Shown: positions 36,588 through 47,155 of the stretch, in pieces
How positions within the stretch are numbered: position 1 is the stretch's first letter
How the letters are laid out: every line of letters begins with the position of its first letter
Assembly: GCA_043767845.1 (NCBI GenBank)
Contig: JAYUFZ010000006.1
Coordinates: 6,726-70,725 of the forward strand
Direction: 5' to 3'
DNA from: a bacterium
GTDB lineage: Bacteria; Patescibacteriota; Saccharimonadia; UBA4664; JBBRNT01
Length of the DNA stretch: 64,000 nt
Notes under the pieces: generated by a model
Told to the model about the DNA's origin: nothing
The model's database searches: none
What the model saw: the letters and a program-made list of their open reading frames with translations, nothing else
Program-made: the position numbers and the translations under genes

Positions 36588-37769
36588 ATGCGTCGTTTTG
36601 TGGCAGTAGTATCTAGTGTGTTAATAAGTCTCAGCGGTTTAGCTTCGGTTTCGCCGGTTAGCGCCGCAGCAGTAAAGACCCAAAATGTCTGTAATGCTCG
36701 GGCTTCTACGGCAGCAGCAAAGTGCTTATCACGGGCCAGAACCGGCACCGGCGGCTATCCACAAGCCCTAAACGCGCCCTCAGGGATGACCCCGGCGCAG
36801 ATTCGTGGGGCCTATGAGCTGAGTACTGACGGCGACCCCACAACTGCATTGGCCGTTGTGGTTGCCTACGACAACCCGGCTATTAAGCACGACCTCGACA
36901 TCTACAGCCAGCAGTTTGGCTTACCAGTTCTGCCGAGTTGCAGTCTGACTATCACCCAGGGTTGTTTTATGAAAGTCGACCAACGTGGCGGAATGCGTTA
37001 TCCGGCCGTTGATAATGGCTGGGCCCTTGAGTCCTCGATGGATGTGGAGATCGCCCACGCTACTTGCCCAGCTTGCAAGCTCATCTTAGTGGAGGCTGAT
37101 ACCGCTAGCTACTCGAACCTTGCTACGGCAGTAGACCGGGCAGCCACACTCGGTGCGAAGGCAATTTCCAATTCCTATGGCGGGGGCGAATCCTTTTTCC
37201 AAACTTTCTATGATCGCTCTTATAGTCACCCAGGTGTCATGATCACCGCTAGTGCCGGCGATAGCGGCTATGGAGTTAGCTATCCAGCCGCCTCCCCGAC
37301 GGTAATAGCTGTTGGTGGCACCACACTGCGTCTCGATTCTAGCGGCAAATATCAGAGCGAGTCGGCTTGGTCGGGAACGGGTAGCGGCTGTAGCCGCTAT
37401 GAAACAAAGGCCAGCTGGCAAAAAGACACTGGTTGCCGCAGGCGAACTACTTCCGATGTCTCAGCCGTCGCCGATCCAGCAACCGGCGCTTCGGTCTTTG
37501 ATAGCCTGGGTTATGGTGGGACCAGTGGCTGGTTCACGCTTGGGGGTACCAGTCTATCATCGCCAATCATAGCTGGTGTTTATGCCTTAGCAGCTTCAGC
37601 TAGCGGTTCGGGCGCTTCTAGCCTCTACGCCAAAGCAAATAGTAGTAATACCCATGATGTCACCAGCGGCCAAAATGCCAGCTGTGGCACCTATTTGTGC
37701 AAGGCCGTGACTGGCTATGACGGGCCAACAGGCGTCGGTAGTCCAAGGGGCATCACAGCCTTCCAGTAG
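36588..37769 (+). CDS. Secreted S53 (sedolisin-like) serine peptidase
   Basis: Signal peptide, ESSMD (ExxxD), SNSYG, SAGDSG, GGTSLSSP, GYDGPTGVGSP. Confidence 0.92.
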   Translation: MRRFVAVVSSVLISLSGLASVSPVSAAAVKTQNVCNARASTAAAKCLSRARTGTGGYPQALNAPSGMTPAQIRGAYELSTDGDPTTALAVVVAYDNPAIKHDLDIYSQQFGLPVLPSCSLTITQGCFMKVDQRGGMRYPAVDNGWALESSMDVEIAHATCPACKLILVEADTASYSNLATAVDRAATLGAKAISNSYGGGESFFQTFYDRSYSHPGVMITASAGDSGYGVSYPAASPTVIAVGGTTLRLDSSGKYQSESAWSGTGSGCSRYETKASWQKDTGCRRRTTSDVSAVADPATGASVFDSLGYGGTSGWFTLGGTSLSSPIIAGVYALAASASGSGASSLYAKANSSNTHDVTSGQNASCGTYLCKAVTGYDGPTGVGSPRGITAFQ

Positions 37770-37780
37770 CCTAAATCAAA

Positions 37781-37807
37781 CCGCCCCATTCTCTGGGAAT
37801 AGGGCGG
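37781..37807. terminator. Hairpin between convergent genes
   Basis: CCGCCC-CATTC...GAAT-A-GGGCGG. Confidence 0.55.
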
Positions 37808-37958
37808 AAGTGGTAGGTCTAGTTTGAGGTTCGAGCTAGTGACAAGCAGGCCACGACCATCAAGAAGCAGTAAGACAGTAGGACGCAGAGCATCCGGAGG
37901 TAGAAGGCTGGGCCAAATTGCTTGTACAGCCCATCTACCAGTAGCTCAGCAACCATCA

Positions 37959-38297
37959 TCAAACTTGGACTGGGGGCGGAGCGGCGATGGTCAGGCTTAT
38001 GAGCAAGCCATCTCGACCAAACCTTGCTTCAATGCCTTGCCCATCACGGTCACCAAGGCACTCGCCGTGTAGCAGTGTCCCACCGTCCGAGACCGCCTCT
38101 TGAACCTCAAGGCGGGCAACGAAGTGGTCTGGATCGGCAATAGTCGAAAACGATACTGCCGTCTTACCGGCAGCCAGCGCCGTGGTTAAGTTTGGACAAT
38201 CATGGACTATCAGCTGATAGGACCGTGAGGATGAGCGGTTGCGGGTTGGCAGCTCAGTTACCACTACGGCTCGAGTCTTGGGCATGGTCTCTAGCAT
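37959..38297 (-). CDS. Hypothetical protein
   Basis: GGAGG RBS before ATG; 112-aa ORF with no recognisable motif. Confidence 0.6.
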   Translation of the reverse strand: MLETMPKTRAVVVTELPTRNRSSSRSYQLIVHDCPNLTTALAAGKTAVSFSTIADPDHFVARLEVQEAVSDGGTLLHGECLGDRDGQGIEARFGRDGLLISLTIAAPPPVQV

Positions 38298-38408
38298 CTA
38301 GGCCTCCAAAGGCGTACGCTCACCGGCGATGAGATGGCGTTATATTAGCCTCGAGCGCTGCCTAAGTCAAGGTTAACAGCTTCGTCCTAACAGGTTAAAC
38401 TAGATCTA

Positions 38409-40562
38409 ATGCATGAATTACTCAAAGACTTAAATGAGCCTCAGCGGCTAGCTGTTGAGGCTACCGAAGGGCCAGTGTTGATGCTGGCTGGCGCCGGCAG
38501 TGGTAAGACCAAGGCTTTGACGCACCGCATTGCTTACTTAGTACAGGCCAAAAAAGTCAGTCCTATCAATATTCTGGCCGTTACTTTTACCAATAAAGCG
38601 GCCGGGGAGATGCGTGGCCGGGTGCTCCGGCTTTTGGCCTTGCGCGAAGATAATCGCAGCTACTTGCCCTTTATTGGTACTTTCCACTCGATCTGTGTAC
38701 GGCTCTTGCGTCGTGAGGCGACAGCCATTGGTCTCGCGCCCGGGTTTATTATTTACGACGCGGCCGATGCCCAGAGCGCCATCAAGGCCGCCATGCGCCG
38801 CCTAGGCATCGATGAGAAACAGTATCACCCCAGCATGATGGCTGGGCTTATCTCTAGTGCCAAGAACGAGCTACTCGACGCCAAGGCCTATTCCGGCATG
38901 GCCTACGGGCAAGTCCAGCAGATGGCGGCCAGGGTTTACGCTACCTACGACCGTATCTTGCGTGAAGCTGGCGCGCTTGATTTCGACGACTTGATTTTCG
39001 AAGTAGTCAAAATGCTTCGCAATCATCCAGATATTTTAGAGAAGTATCAGCAGCAGTTTCGCTATATCATGGTCGATGAGTACCAAGACACCAACAGCGC
39101 CCAATATCAGCTCACCAAACTATTGGCTCAAAAACATCGCAATATCTGTGTGGTTGGTGATGACTGGCAGAGTATTTATTCCTGGCGAGGCGCGAATTTT
39201 CAAAACATTCTTGATTTTGAGAAGGACTACAGCGATGCTAGGGTGGTCAAGCTGGAGCAAAATTATCGCTCCACAAAAAATATCCTAGACGCCGCGCACA
39301 GTGTAATCTCAAAAAATGCCCTTCGGAGCGATAAAGAACTGTGGACCGAAGCCGGGGAGGGTCCAGCTATCGAAATTCAGCAGGCCTACAATGAGATCCA
39401 GGAAGGTGAGCATGTCGTTCGGCTCATTCAACGCTATCAGGTAGAAGACAAACTGCAGTTGAGTGATTTCGCCGTTCTGTACCGCACGAATGCCCAGTCG
39501 CGCAGTCTTGAAGAGGCTTTTTTGAGGGCCAACATGCCATACAAGATTGTCGGTGGGACGCGCTTTTACGAGCGCAAAGAAATAAAAGATATCTTGGCTT
39601 ACTTGCGGTTTATCTATCAGCCAGCCGATATGGTCAGCTTTAGCCGTATCATCAACGTCCCAGCTCGTGGGCTTGGTGACAAAAGCCTCCAGTATTTTGA
39701 GCAGGCTCGCCTCGAGCGACAAACCGAAGACAGTTTAAGTGGCACGCTACAAGTTTTGCTAGAAGCTGATCAAATCCGTGGACTGTTACCGAAAGCGCAG
39801 ACCGCGCTGGTGAAGTTTGGACAATTAATCGAATATTTTGCCGAGGCAGCCAAGGTCAAGCCGGTGAGTGAACTGGTCGAGCTCATCCTCAAAAAAAGCG
39901 GATACCTCGATGCCCTCGACGATGGCACTGTCACGGCTGGCGACCGCATCGAAAACGTCAAGGAACTGATCTCGGTAGCAAGGACCTATGACCAGCTTGG
40001 ACTGGAAGGCTTTTTAGAAGAAATAGCACTGATCGCCGATCTCGACAACTACTCGACCGACATGAACGCAGTTACCCTCATGACACTGCATGCCGCTAAA
40101 GGTTTGGAGTTTCCAATCGTTGTAATGCCGGGCATGGAAGAGGGGATTTTCCCACACTCCAGGACCCAGTTCGACGCCAGTGAGCTCGAGGAGGAGCGCC
40201 GGCTCTGCTATGTCGGGATGACTCGGGCCAAGCACCGACTAGTGCTGATGCACGCCAGTTCACGCTTGCTTTACGGCAAAACTATGCACAACCCACCATC
40301 ACGCTTTTTGGCCGACATACCCGCGGTGCTGCTCCAGGCTCAGACCGCGGGCCCGCTAAGCTCGGTTGGCAGAGAAGCCTACCGCCCGCCGCAACTCACC
40401 AAGGCTGCCGACCTTTCGGCTGGAGACCGTATTCGGCACGCTAAATTCGGCGAGGGGATTGTGGCCGCTATCGAGGGCGATGAGCTGACTGCCACGTTCG
40501 CTGGGCTCGGTAGTAAGCGGCTCAGCCTCAGCTTTGCACCCATCGAGAAGCTGCCTGGCTAG
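38409..40562 (+). CDS. pcrA: ATP-dependent DNA helicase PcrA/UvrD
   Basis: AGAGSGKT, TFTNKAA, VDEYQD, VGDDWQSIY, LEQNYRS, HAAKGLEF, EERRLCYVGMTRA, C-terminal Tudor-like domain. Confidence 0.97.
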   Translation: MHELLKDLNEPQRLAVEATEGPVLMLAGAGSGKTKALTHRIAYLVQAKKVSPINILAVTFTNKAAGEMRGRVLRLLALREDNRSYLPFIGTFHSICVRLLRREATAIGLAPGFIIYDAADAQSAIKAAMRRLGIDEKQYHPSMMAGLISSAKNELLDAKAYSGMAYGQVQQMAARVYATYDRILREAGALDFDDLIFEVVKMLRNHPDILEKYQQQFRYIMVDEYQDTNSAQYQLTKLLAQKHRNICVVGDDWQSIYSWRGANFQNILDFEKDYSDARVVKLEQNYRSTKNILDAAHSVISKNALRSDKELWTEAGEGPAIEIQQAYNEIQEGEHVVRLIQRYQVEDKLQLSDFAVLYRTNAQSRSLEEAFLRANMPYKIVGGTRFYERKEIKDILAYLRFIYQPADMVSFSRIINVPARGLGDKSLQYFEQARLERQTEDSLSGTLQVLLEADQIRGLLPKAQTALVKFGQLIEYFAEAAKVKPVSELVELILKKSGYLDALDDGTVTAGDRIENVKELISVARTYDQLGLEGFLEEIALIADLDNYSTDMNAVTLMTLHAAKGLEFPIVVMPGMEEGIFPHSRTQFDASELEEERRLCYVGMTRAKHRLVLMHASSRLLYGKTMHNPPSRFLADIPAVLLQAQTAGPLSSVGREAYRPPQLTKAADLSAGDRIRHAKFGEGIVAAIEGDELTATFAGLGSKRLSLSFAPIEKLPG

Positions 40563-40627
40563 CTGCAGTTACTAGCGACTTGCTCGGAAATAGCTTATGC
40601 TTGAGGCAATTAGTGAGGCTTCTTTAG

Positions 40628-43054
40628 ATGTTATGGCTGTTATTGATAGTCGCTGGAATCATTTTGTTTGTAGCCCGCGCGAATCCGTCAAATAACAAGG
40701 GAGGCAGCAACTCTGGTGGTTTTGCAGACCCGGCCACCAAGAGCCGGGTCGCCCACGACCTGGAGCAGCTGGCAGCCAGGCCGGAGTTAATCGCCTACCA
40801 GCTAAGTCTTCGCTCAGCAGTGCAGTACCTACGACTGGGCATTATCACCAATCATTCGCTCGCGCCGACAGCCACACCCGAAGCTGGGCCGGTCATCCAG
40901 CAAGTGTCTGCCTCGGTAGCCGGGCAAGTAACTCCGCCCAGCGCGCAATCCGCTGCCGGTTCCATAATGAGCCAACCGCTGACCAGCGAAGCAGCCTTCA
41001 AGGCGTTAGAAAACATCAACACTTTACTTTATTTGGGAGCTTTCATTTTTGTGGTCTCGGCCAGTCTCTTTGTGGGCTTAGCCGGTACCTCAGGGGCATT
41101 CAAGACGGCCTTCGTTGTACTTCTGTCGCTTGCCTTTTATGGTCTTGGCTTGTGGCTCTTTACTTGTACGATCCGCCTGAAGCCGGCTGGCACAACCTTC
41201 GTAGCCATCGGCCAAGTGCTCGCGCCACTAGCTGGGCTGGCGGCCTACCAAGTAATGTTTGAGGCTACTCACGGCCCGGCTATCTGGCTGATCACCTCGG
41301 CCATCAGCCTAGCGATGTACGTGTTAGCGCTTCGGGTTGTTCGTCAAACCTACATCACCTACTTCATGGCCTTTACTGTCCTTTCGCTTTTCGAGTCGGG
41401 GGTGGCCGTGCTTGGCGCGCCTGTTGAATACTATGCCTGGGGTATGTCGCTGGTATCGATAGTTTTTCTTTTTGTTGCCCGAAAAGTGCTTGGAAGTAAA
41501 GAATTCAGTGAACCATTTGCGGTAAGTGCCCAGATATTCATGCCGGTTGCGCTCTTGATAGCCATCGGTCAGATACCGCAGAATGGCTTACTCGCGACCG
41601 GCGTAACCCTCTTGATTGCCGCTTGTTATTACTATTTGGCACAGATGTTGACCGAAGTCCCTAGCGAAAGTGAGCTCTATATAGCACTAGCGGCTATCTT
41701 GCTACCGCTCGGCGCTGGCTTTGTTCTTACTTCGCAACAATCAAGCTTGCTTGCCATAGCACTTGTGGCGGTTGTGATAGGGGCCTTTGAGACATTGGGT
41801 GCGGGTCTCATTGCTGGCCAGGGCCAACGTGGGAAAACAGACATTATCGCTACAATTGGCGGCCTTTGTGTATTGCTGGCAGCCGTAGTGGTTTTGCAGC
41901 AACCAACGGCGCTTTTAGCCCTGCTGGCCGTCGCGGCCATTACTAACTTTGCCAGCCATTACCTCTACCGGGCCTGGAGCAATCTACTCCTGACTATCCT
42001 GGCTGTTTTGAGCCTGCCGGCCGTTGGCGTGCTGCGGGTTTGGGAGCCAGCACAGAGTAGCCTTATTCTAGCGTTCGCCTATCTGGTGCTTGGTGTAATC
42101 CTGCTAGTCTATCGCTCGAGCTTGAAGAGCTGGTCGGCAGAACATAACACCGTCGCCATCTTTGGCTACTGCGTTGCACTGACTGCGAGTCTTGGTAGCG
42201 GGCTTATGCTGGGCCACGACTGGGCGGCTTTGATTGCCATTTTGGTAATGATGGCGACCGTGCTAGCCAGTGAGGTTGAGCGGCAAGCCCAAGTCATCAG
42301 CCTTAGTGTCGGCCTGCTCTACCTTTCGGTTTATCAGCTACTATTACTATTTGCTACTGAACCAAGCGCCTACGGCTGGGTATTTTTGGCGCTGGCCTTG
42401 GCCATGTACGGCGCAGGGCGAGCCTCTGGCCTGGCTACTGGGCGTTGGCAGATTATCCGCTATGGCGGGCTCGTGGCTGCCTATCTGGCGGCGCTGACCG
42501 GGTTGTCTCTTGACCTGGGCTTGCAACTATCGGCCATTTGCGGGCTCTTTGTAGCCGGTTTATTGAGCTGGTACGAGGCCAGGGCTACGGCCGCGGGTGA
42601 AGCCTATATCTATGGCTCCGGTGCCGTATTAATGCTGGCCGTCGATTGGCTACTGTACTATGCCGGCATCCATGAGACCCAAGTCTATACTCATCTGTGG
42701 GCGGCCTACTTTGCCTTCCTGGCCTATCGTTACCAGCAAAAGGGCAAACAAGCCGAGAGCGACCAGCTCATCATAATAGCCCTCGGTAGCGTCACCATAC
42801 CTCTGGCCCTTCAGGCATTGGGCGATGTCGGTAGCGCCTATGGGCTGCTACTCATTATCGAGGGCGTGCTGCTGGTACTAGCCGGCATTGCATCGCGCAA
42901 ACGCACTGTCCAATATTGGGGGATCGCCACGGCGGTTTTGTCGATTCTGTACCAACTGCGCGGCCTATGGTATGTGACGCTTGGCGCTATCGGGCTGGGG
43001 ATAATCGGCTTGGCCGTAGCGCTGCTGCTGCGCCGCGAGCAACCCAAGCTGTAG
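40628..43054 (+). CDS. Large polytopic membrane protein (DUF2157/DUF2339-like)
   Basis: More than 20 hydrophobic segments; NINTLLYLGAF. Confidence 0.85.
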   Translation: MLWLLLIVAGIILFVARANPSNNKGGSNSGGFADPATKSRVAHDLEQLAARPELIAYQLSLRSAVQYLRLGIITNHSLAPTATPEAGPVIQQVSASVAGQVTPPSAQSAAGSIMSQPLTSEAAFKALENINTLLYLGAFIFVVSASLFVGLAGTSGAFKTAFVVLLSLAFYGLGLWLFTCTIRLKPAGTTFVAIGQVLAPLAGLAAYQVMFEATHGPAIWLITSAISLAMYVLALRVVRQTYITYFMAFTVLSLFESGVAVLGAPVEYYAWGMSLVSIVFLFVARKVLGSKEFSEPFAVSAQIFMPVALLIAIGQIPQNGLLATGVTLLIAACYYYLAQMLTEVPSESELYIALAAILLPLGAGFVLTSQQSSLLAIALVAVVIGAFETLGAGLIAGQGQRGKTDIIATIGGLCVLLAAVVVLQQPTALLALLAVAAITNFASHYLYRAWSNLLLTILAVLSLPAVGVLRVWEPAQSSLILAFAYLVLGVILLVYRSSLKSWSAEHNTVAIFGYCVALTASLGSGLMLGHDWAALIAILVMMATVLASEVERQAQVISLSVGLLYLSVYQLLLLFATEPSAYGWVFLALALAMYGAGRASGLATGRWQIIRYGGLVAAYLAALTGLSLDLGLQLSAICGLFVAGLLSWYEARATAAGEAYIYGSGAVLMLAVDWLLYYAGIHETQVYTHLWAAYFAFLAYRYQQKGKQAESDQLIIIALGSVTIPLALQALGDVGSAYGLLLIIEGVLLVLAGIASRKRTVQYWGIATAVLSILYQLRGLWYVTLGAIGLGIIGLAVALLLRREQPKL

Positions 43055-43067
43055 TCTCCCTACAGAT

Positions 43068-43096
43068 TTGACAGTGTTTATGCTTCGCGCTAGAAT
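43068..43096 (+). promoter_or_regulatory. Sigma-70-type promoter
   Basis: TTGACA-17 bp-TAGAAT. Confidence 0.7.
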
Positions 43097-43162
43097 GGCT
43101 TAAGTAAACAAAGACCCTAGCAAAAATAAAAGCTCGCCAAGTAATACTTAGAGGCTTCTATT

Positions 43163-44392
43163 TTGCGAAACGCATACACGCTGGTGGTCCAACGCTTTCT
43201 TAGGGTTCCATCCCGCATCCGACTGCTCAGCACAGCATTTGTGGTTATTATTATCACTGTCTACGGCCTCTCCTCGGGCCTTTTCCTGGCCAAAAATCAA
43301 GCCTTTGCTGATGCCTCACGGGTGGTGAGTGTCTATTTCGATGGTGACAAACGAGTCATTAGTACCGACGCCAATACGGTCGGTGAGGCCATCAACCGGG
43401 CCGGCGTCGACCTGGGTCCTGATGATTTAGTCGAGCCGGCGGCCGATACCAAGCTCCCGCAAGGATACTTCAATATCAACGTCTATCGCGCCCGCCCAGT
43501 TGTCGTCGTTGATGGCGCCAAAAGCTATCAGCTGCGTAGTGCCTTCCAGAGCAGCCGCTTAATCGTGACTGCCGCCGGTCTCATTACCTTCCCAGAAGAT
43601 ACCTATCGTTCCGAAGTTGTCACTAATTTTGTCGGTGACGGTACGGTCGGTGAGAAAGTCACCATCATCCGCTCCAAGCCGCTGCAGATCAACGTCGATG
43701 GCAAAAACATGCTCGTCCATAGCCAGGGCCCAACCGTTGGAGATGTTTTGAAGGAAAAGACAGTCTCGCTGGGCGAGAAGGACACCATTGCACCAGATTT
43801 ATCGACACTGGTGACGCCGGGCTTAGTTATAACCATTACCCGTGTGGCCGAAGTTGAGACAAAGGTACTCGAAGTAATTACTCGGTCGTCGCAAACGCTG
43901 CCCGACCCCAGCCAGCCGGTTGGCTTTAATAAGGTTAAAACCGAGGGTTCAGATGGTAAGCGGACCGTCACCTATCTCATCCATTATCGCAACGGTGTCG
44001 AGATTAAGCGTGACACCCTGAAGATTGAAGGCGAAGTTAAGCCCGTTACCAAAGTGGTGCTCGAAGGCACCAAGGTTATTTTCCCGGGATCGATTGAGTA
44101 CTGGCGACCGAAAGTCGAAGTTGAGGCGGCCAAGTGGGGCGTTGACCCGAACCGTATGCTGCGTATTATGGCTTGTGAGTCGGGTGGTGACGCCAGTAAT
44201 TATAATGGCCGCAGGGCAGGCATTAGCCCGCAGCAAGCTATCAAAGACAATCGGGCTATCGGCCTCTTCCAGTTCAAGCCAACCACCTGGGACAACTCCG
44301 GTGGTGGCGATATCTGGGACGGCAATAGGCAGGTTGAGGTGGCGGCTTGGAAGATGGGGAATTATGGCTTCACCGCCTGGGAGTGCAAATAG
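43163..44392 (+). CDS. RpfB/YabE-like protein (DUF348 repeats, G5, lytic transglycosylase)
   Basis: TVGEAI..AGV.LGPDDLVEP repeats, G5 (EGSDGKRTVTY...NGVE), IMACESGG, GLFQF. Confidence 0.92.
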   Translation: MRNAYTLVVQRFLRVPSRIRLLSTAFVVIIITVYGLSSGLFLAKNQAFADASRVVSVYFDGDKRVISTDANTVGEAINRAGVDLGPDDLVEPAADTKLPQGYFNINVYRARPVVVVDGAKSYQLRSAFQSSRLIVTAAGLITFPEDTYRSEVVTNFVGDGTVGEKVTIIRSKPLQINVDGKNMLVHSQGPTVGDVLKEKTVSLGEKDTIAPDLSTLVTPGLVITITRVAEVETKVLEVITRSSQTLPDPSQPVGFNKVKTEGSDGKRTVTYLIHYRNGVEIKRDTLKIEGEVKPVTKVVLEGTKVIFPGSIEYWRPKVEVEAAKWGVDPNRMLRIMACESGGDASNYNGRRAGISPQQAIKDNRAIGLFQFKPTTWDNSGGGDIWDGNRQVEVAAWKMGNYGFTAWECK

Positions 44393-44516
44393 TACGAGCT
44401 CAGGATTTCGCGCATTACTTTGCCATCAGCTCCAGTGCTCGCTCACCGTATTATTAAATACGCCTCACTCCGCGCTTCGCTGATTCCGTGTACTGCATCG
44501 AAATCCTGAGCTCGTA
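44393..44516. mobile_element. 124-bp MITE with 18-bp perfect terminal inverted repeats
   Basis: TACGAGCTCAGGATTTCG ... CGAAATCCTGAGCTCGTA, TA at both ends, non-coding. Confidence 0.75.
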
Positions 44517-44629
44517 ATGCTCGAAGTTGCTTCACTGTCTCCGCGCACTGCATCATCCTTAGACCTGTATAATGCCCGGTTATGGGCGGTGGCGAATGGG
44601 CGGTGGGAAATGCTATAGTAGATAATCCT

Positions 44630-46444
44630 ATGAAACTCACTAAACAAATTAGTAAAACCAGTCGTGATCTGAGCCGGACAATTATCCGGGTCATTGTGAT
44701 GAATTGGCGGGTTTCACCGACGCTCTACATCATCCAGCTAATCCTTAATGTTGTGCTGGGCTTTGTGCCACTACTGAGCGCTGGGGTGGCCGGATTGTCG
44801 CTCGGCGCGATCAGCTCCTATATTGCCGGCCAGGCCATCTCGCGTAGTTATCTAGACCTATTGGTCGGCGGGGTAGTGGCCCTCGGCCTCATCTCCACGC
44901 AGCTGGGGTACCTAGAAAGCTATATCGACCAGCTTTTCCAGGTACGCTTTGACGGCTATATCCAGCGCCAGCTATTCCAAAAGTTCGCCTCGCTCGACCA
45001 GTCCTACTACGAGGATCGGGACTTTAACAATAAGCTCAATAAGATTAATCAGAATATCTACTCGCTACGCAGCCTCAATAAAAATCTCTTCTCGGTGGTC
45101 AGCGCCATAGTGAGCCTGGTAACTGCCGGTGTGGCGGTCTTTATCCTCAAGCCTATACTGGTAGTAATCATCATTATTGCCATCCTGCCAGTGCTCATTA
45201 TCGAAGTCCAAACCAGTATGAAGCGTTGGCGCAATTGGGACGAGAAGGGCGACGATTGGCGGCGGCAATGGTATTTGCGCTGGATGCTGCTCGATGTGAA
45301 CCGTATCAAAGAGATTAAACTCTACTTGCTTGGCGACTTCTTTCTCGACAAATGGCAGCACCACTTCGACGCCTCGCGCAAAACCGAGCTTGCTATTGAG
45401 AAATCTGCCCAAAAACAGCGTGCTTTGAGCGGCTTTGTGGATGCTGGCACGCAGATTGGTATCCAGCTCTGGCTGCTCGGTAAGGTGCTGGCCCGCAATG
45501 GCTTTGGCCTCGGCCAGTTCGTCTTTTACCGCCAAGTTATCCAGGGCTTTTCAGTGGCTAGCAGCATGCTGGTCAGTAATCTCCATAATATGCAGGAGAA
45601 TAGCCTATACGTGAACGATTACTTCGATGTCTTAGCCTTGGAGTCACGGTTGCCGCAGCCGAAGCAGGCTATCAAACTGACCAGTAAAGTCCCGCGTATT
45701 GAATTCCGCGACGTTTCTTTTAGCTATCCGAAGTCCAAGCAAAAAGTCATTAAGCACTTATCCTTTGTAATAGAACCGGGCGAGGACGTCGCCCTGGTGG
45801 GGGAGAATGGCGTAGGTAAGTCGACAATCGTCAAACTGTTAATGCGCTTCTATGACCCAACCGAGGGGCAAATCCTTGTCGACGGGCATGATCTAAAAGA
45901 TGTTGACCCAAAAACTTGGTACACGCACGTCGGCGTGCTCTTTCAAGACTTTAACCAGTACATTGCCTTCAGTGCCTCGGACAATATCGCCGTTGGCCGA
46001 GTCGGTGATGGCGGCGGTGATAAGACCATCAAAGCAGCCGCCGATCTGGCTGGCGCGTCATCATATATTAGCAAGTACGAGACTGGTTTCGACACCATTC
46101 TCGACAAATCCTACAAAGGTGGAGCCGAGCCGTCAGGTGGCCAGTGGCAGCGCATTGCGCTAGCCCGAGCTTTCTATCGCCAGGCGAGCGTTATGATTCT
46201 CGATGAGCCAACCTCGGCTATCGATGCCAAGGGTGAATACGAGATATTCAAGCGTATTGCCGAGTCGCAAAAGACCAAGACGACCATCATTATTTCGCAC
46301 CGTTTTAGCGCTGTCCGTAACGCCCACAAGATTTTGGTACTAGAAAATGGCGAACTCATCCAGGCCGGTACGCATCAGGAGCTGGTAGCATCCGATGGCC
46401 TGTATCGAACGATGTTTGAGTTGCAAGCCGAAGGGTATCGTTAG
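44630..46444 (+). CDS. ABC exporter, fused permease/ATP-binding protein
   Basis: N-terminal TM domain, GENGVGKS, PSGGQWQRIALAR, LDEPTSAID, ISHR. Confidence 0.95.
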   Translation: MKLTKQISKTSRDLSRTIIRVIVMNWRVSPTLYIIQLILNVVLGFVPLLSAGVAGLSLGAISSYIAGQAISRSYLDLLVGGVVALGLISTQLGYLESYIDQLFQVRFDGYIQRQLFQKFASLDQSYYEDRDFNNKLNKINQNIYSLRSLNKNLFSVVSAIVSLVTAGVAVFILKPILVVIIIIAILPVLIIEVQTSMKRWRNWDEKGDDWRRQWYLRWMLLDVNRIKEIKLYLLGDFFLDKWQHHFDASRKTELAIEKSAQKQRALSGFVDAGTQIGIQLWLLGKVLARNGFGLGQFVFYRQVIQGFSVASSMLVSNLHNMQENSLYVNDYFDVLALESRLPQPKQAIKLTSKVPRIEFRDVSFSYPKSKQKVIKHLSFVIEPGEDVALVGENGVGKSTIVKLLMRFYDPTEGQILVDGHDLKDVDPKTWYTHVGVLFQDFNQYIAFSASDNIAVGRVGDGGGDKTIKAAADLAGASSYISKYETGFDTILDKSYKGGAEPSGGQWQRIALARAFYRQASVMILDEPTSAIDAKGEYEIFKRIAESQKTKTTIIISHRFSAVRNAHKILVLENGELIQAGTHQELVASDGLYRTMFELQAEGYR

Positions 46445-47125
46445 GTGGCGGCTGGCACCAGCAGCGTGTTGAAGCCATTGAGGCGCTTGATAGGGCGTCT
46501 GTTTGGACCGGTGGTCGTCATCTGTCTTTTTTCAGGCATAGCGATGAGCGCCGTGGTCTTATTCATCTACGGCTCGGCCGTGTCGCACCAGTATCGATCG
46601 ATCGACAGTCTGCCGACACACCGCGTAGCCATACTGTTTGGCGCGCAGGTCCGCCCCGACCATAGTCTCTCGCCAATGTTAGCCGATCGGGTCGATGGGG
46701 GTATTGCGCTCTATCAAGCCGGCAAAGTAAAAAAGTTGTTAATGACTGGTGATAATAGCACGACGCACTACGATGAGGTCACCGCCATGAAGGATTATGC
46801 GGTTAGCAGGGGTATCCCCGGGGCGGACATTGGCCTAGACTATGCCGGTTTTAACACCTACGACAGTTGCTATCGTGCCAAGGCAATTTTCGGTCTGAGC
46901 GATGCGATTCTTGTGACCCAGGCCTACCATATGCCCCGGGCGCTCTACACCTGCCGCCATCTCGGTGTTAAAGCTGCCGGCTACGCCATTGAAGATTTTT
47001 CTAAGTACCCTAATCTGAGATATAGCTACACATTGCGCGAATGGTTAAGTGACCAAAAGACATGGTGGAATATCAACGTACTGCATCCCGGTCCAAAGTT
47101 TTTAGGCGACCCGGTCCATATCTAG
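46445..47125 (+). CDS. SanA/YdcF (DUF218) family protein
   Basis: LADRVD, LLMTGDN..YDEV, LDYAGFNTYDSCYRA, VTQAYHMPRA, REWL. Confidence 0.92.
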   Translation: MAAGTSSVLKPLRRLIGRLFGPVVVICLFSGIAMSAVVLFIYGSAVSHQYRSIDSLPTHRVAILFGAQVRPDHSLSPMLADRVDGGIALYQAGKVKKLLMTGDNSTTHYDEVTAMKDYAVSRGIPGADIGLDYAGFNTYDSCYRAKAIFGLSDAILVTQAYHMPRALYTCRHLGVKAAGYAIEDFSKYPNLRYSYTLREWLSDQKTWWNINVLHPGPKFLGDPVHI

Positions 47126-47155
47126 GGCATCAAAACAAAAGCCACCGAAAGATGG

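Noticed and set aside
37819-37960. Possible small membrane ORF on the minus strand (GRWLYKQFGPAFYLRMLCVLLSYCFLMVVACLSLARTSN)
   Set aside because: Needs a frameshift to reach an upstream start codon; no independent support
46126-46150. PSGGQ instead of LSGGQ in the ABC signature
   Set aside because: Minor variation; Walker A/B and H-loop are intact
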